Of a stretch of 64,000 nt of DNA, positions 61,215-64,000 are shown piece by piece. Source of the stretch: Heteronotia binoei (Eukaryota). The position numbers and the translations under genes were made by a program. The notes below the pieces were generated by a model that saw only the letters and a program-made list of their open reading frames with translations, was not told where the DNA came from and did not search any database. Position 1 is the stretch's first letter, and each line of letters begins with the position of its first letter. Location of the stretch: positions 53,754,001 to 53,818,000 of the forward strand of contig NC_083233.1 of NCBI RefSeq assembly GCF_032191835.1, written 5' to 3'.

Positions 61215-61542
61215 TCATTCCACAGCACCTCAGAAATAGAACAGACGGGCTTGGAACAAGAGAAATAGAAGTGATAATCAATATGCATTTGGCCAAATGT
61301 ACTAGTAGTACTATTAGCTATAGCTAATTATCTGTACTAATTTCCTCCTGCAAATTGTGCCTCCACCCTCCCCAAAGTTGCTCATCTTGAATGGAGCTGG
61401 CAGATTGTTGTCTGGCAGCCTGTTTCACAGTGGCCAGTTACAATGGAGGATCAACAAGCAGAGATGAAGACCTCCTCTGATGTTGCCTTCTTAGCACTGG
61501 TATTCAGAGGTTTACATAAAACCACTATGCTGAGGACTAGCA

Positions 61543-61849
61543 CCGGGGTGACCAAACTTGCTTAACATAAGAGCCACATAAAATAAATGTCAGATGTGTG
61601 AGAGCCACAAGACATGAATATCGGATGTCTGAGAGCAGGCAAGCAGGAAAGCAAATAGATGGGGAGAGAGAGATGGAAAGAAAAGAACTTTAAATGCATT
61701 CTCCAAGCCACTGGCTGGCTTGGTGAAGTGATTTAAAGAAACAAATGCTTTCTCCAAGCTGGGCGACGGGGTGGTGGGGGCTTTGAGAGGCACACAATAT
61801 GTGTGAAAGAGCCACATGTGGCTCCCGGGCCACAGTTTGGCCACCCCTG
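61543..61849 (+). mobile_element. hAT (Charlie/Ac-like) MITE in the CCDC157 5' UTR intron
   Basis: Homologous to 9676-9974; TSD GACTAGCA/GACTAAGCA (degenerate). Confidence 0.85.
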
Positions 61850-61987
61850 GACTAAGCATTTTGAGCAGCCTCCGCTGACTGTTGTTTTAAATTTTGGATA
61901 TACAGAGACAGGCTATGCTTGACAAAAACAGGCAGGGACTTCCCAGCCTGATCAAAGAGACAATATGTGAACTACGGAAAGACTCAC

Positions 61988-63130
61988 CCGCTGAGCAGTC
62001 TTCCGGGATCTCAGGGGCTCGTCACCATGGCAACCACGAACGCGCTCCGAGACTCCGCCCCTGGCTGAACCTGATACGTTCCACACAACACACCCTTAGC
62101 GATGGATAAAACCCCACCTTTACTTATTGCTCTAGATGTCCGGCTTCCATATGACCCCTTAAGCCATATGCGGGGCAGAAGAGCATTATCAAGTACGACA
62201 CTAGAAAAGGGCTCGAATGATACACACGTCATCGCAGCTTTATTGGCATTTTGTAAGAATAATTCGCCATAGAGCTACTTATGGATAAAGGGGGGGCTGT
62301 TTTATATCTATACAGAAAATACATGTTTTTACAATAAGAAAGAATAGTTTAATTTCAATCAAGGACCTCAACAGCATCTTTCACTTTTTCTAGTAAATTC
62401 AGATTGTATACCACTGCAGGGTTTGTTTTTTAGCTTCTATAAAAAGAATGGGATAGGTCTCCCCATATTTGAAAAGCGGCCAGCCAGCCTTCGCGTTTTA
62501 TTCCACGCCCTCTAAAGAGTGTTCAGTACATAGCCGGAAGTGTCTCTATAGCTTCTAGCCCTCTTTTCTATTGTCAATGGAAGGAACTGTACTCCGGTGA
62601 AACGTCACATTCGGAACTCTTTCCGGGTCTAGCGGAAGACGTAGAGATTGTGTACATATTCTGGAGTTTGCGCATGCTCGTTTCTTTTGTCACCATAGTT
62701 ACTCGGCCAGAAAACGTTCCCAGTAGGAGGAGCGCGCATGCGCTGATACCTTCTTCCCTCCCTGCCTGTTAACGCGTTTGCACGAACTGTGCGAGGCGTC
62801 GACATTTTGTTTCTTGCTGCGTTCCTTGCGTTGGATTGAGGCGGCACCATGCCGGCTGGACCTGTGCAGGCGATGGCGCCTGCTCAGCCAGCGCCGCCTG
62901 AAGCGAAACAGGTATGATTATCTTACGAGAAAAATCCCTCTTCGCTTCTCCCCAGGTTTGAAGTGTGGGCCTCGGGAAAGGGGCGGGGAGCTTGGCTCTT
63001 ACAATGCTTTGCGGAGAGAAGGTGGCATCCTGGGAGTTGTAGTCTCCGCGCATCTTGTTTACTGCGCTCGTTGAAGGGGAGGTCGAGAGTATAGCAGCCG
63101 CTATTCAGGGAACGGCCGATAAGGCCTGTT
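61988..63130. promoter_or_regulatory. CCDC157/SF3A1 bidirectional CpG promoter, including the CCDC157 non-coding exon 1 (donor at 61987)
   Basis: CpG-rich. Contains RFX X-box GTCACCATGGCAAC (62021-62034), ETS CCGGAAGT (62534-62541), NRF1 GCGCATGCGC (62734-62743) and ZNF143/THAP11-type ACTACAACTCCCAGGATGC (63025-63043, minus). Confidence 0.8.
62849..62911 (+). CDS. SF3A1: Splicing factor 3A subunit 1, coding exon 1 (gene continues beyond the window)
   Basis: GCACCATGC start; MPAGPVQAMAPAQPAPPEAKQ (human MPAGPVQAVPPPPPVPTEPKQ); 63 nt then gtatga; expected syntenic position. Confidence 0.9.
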
Positions 63131-64000
63131 GCTATAACTGTCACTTGCTTCCCATTCCATCGTAGGCTGATGGAAACAGATCTGGTAGACCTGAGGTGGG
63201 CGGTTGCTTTGGCCTTCGTTTGCCACTGCCTGCATCAGCGTCATGATTCTGGCGTTCCTTTGTGATCTCCCATCCAAATGCTAGCCAGGGCTGACCCTAC
63301 TTAGCTTCTGAGATCAGGCTAGCCTGGGCTGTCCATTTCAGGGCCCATTCCCTCTACCCCTTGCAGTAGTGTCATAAACTTCCATTATGTCCCCCTTAGT
63401 CATCTTTCCCCCTTCTAAATTTTAAAATCCCAGGTTCTTGCTGAGTCTCAGAATTGTGTAAAGTGTGCTGGTTTGAAAGTTCTGTAGACTTGGCAGTGAT
63501 TTATTGTTTGTATTTGTTGTGTAATCTTGCAATTCACCACACTGGAAAAGTCTTAAAATAAATAAATTTGAGCCAAACTTCAAAGTTTGTAGCACAGTCT
63601 CTACCATTACACTGCAGGTTTTGTGCATGAAAGAACCTTTCATACCTAAGTTTTATATCATGAAGCAACCTTTTGCAGGTGCTGTCTGCCCAAGCATCTC
63701 CACAAAACAGATGATTTACTGTGCTGTCTTAAAGACCTTGTAAGCTTTTGAATTCAGTGGACTTAGGGGTTGCAGCTTTGTTATAAGAGCTATGTTTGAC
63801 TTGATGCTGCACTTTTCATTTTTGGAAGCTTGAAGCTATGTACATCTGATTCCTGGGGGATTTTCTACCAAGGGAGCTTATGGGGCCAAACCTCTAATTT
63901 TAAAATCTCACAAAAGACAGTCATAGAATCATTTCTCAAGGGGTTTTCTGAATAATAGGGATGCACTACCTGTGGAGGGGGGAAAATCTCCCCCTGTACA

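Overview
Eukaryotic (vertebrate) genomic DNA, most likely a squamate and probably a gecko, judged from Sauria/Squam3-type SINEs and the SCAN-KRAB gene layout. It is not prokaryotic, and no CRISPR, rRNA or tRNA genes were seen. Four genes could be spliced by hand. (1) A minus-strand SCAN-KRAB-C2H2 zinc-finger gene: 5 coding exons, 570 aa, 6 intact fingers, followed by a graveyard of decayed fingers. (2) RNF215 on +: 10 coding exons, 376 aa. (3) CCDC157 on -: 10 coding exons, about 740 aa. (4) The first coding exon of SF3A1 on +, head-to-head with CCDC157. The rest is dense in transposons. These include many hAT-superfamily non-autonomous elements with readable 8-bp target-site duplications (TSDs), a Harbinger-like fold-back MITE, a 5'-truncated L1, CR1/L2 fragments, a solo LTR, and tRNA- and 5S-derived SINEs. 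The least explained region is about 19.7-37 kb. There, a chain of minus-strand exon-like segments runs away from the RNF215 CpG island, where SEC14L2 sits in mammals. It may be a decayed or unannotated gene, or a long leader for the ZNF gene. I found no clear new biological system. Coordinates were counted by eye and TE edges without TSDs are approximate.
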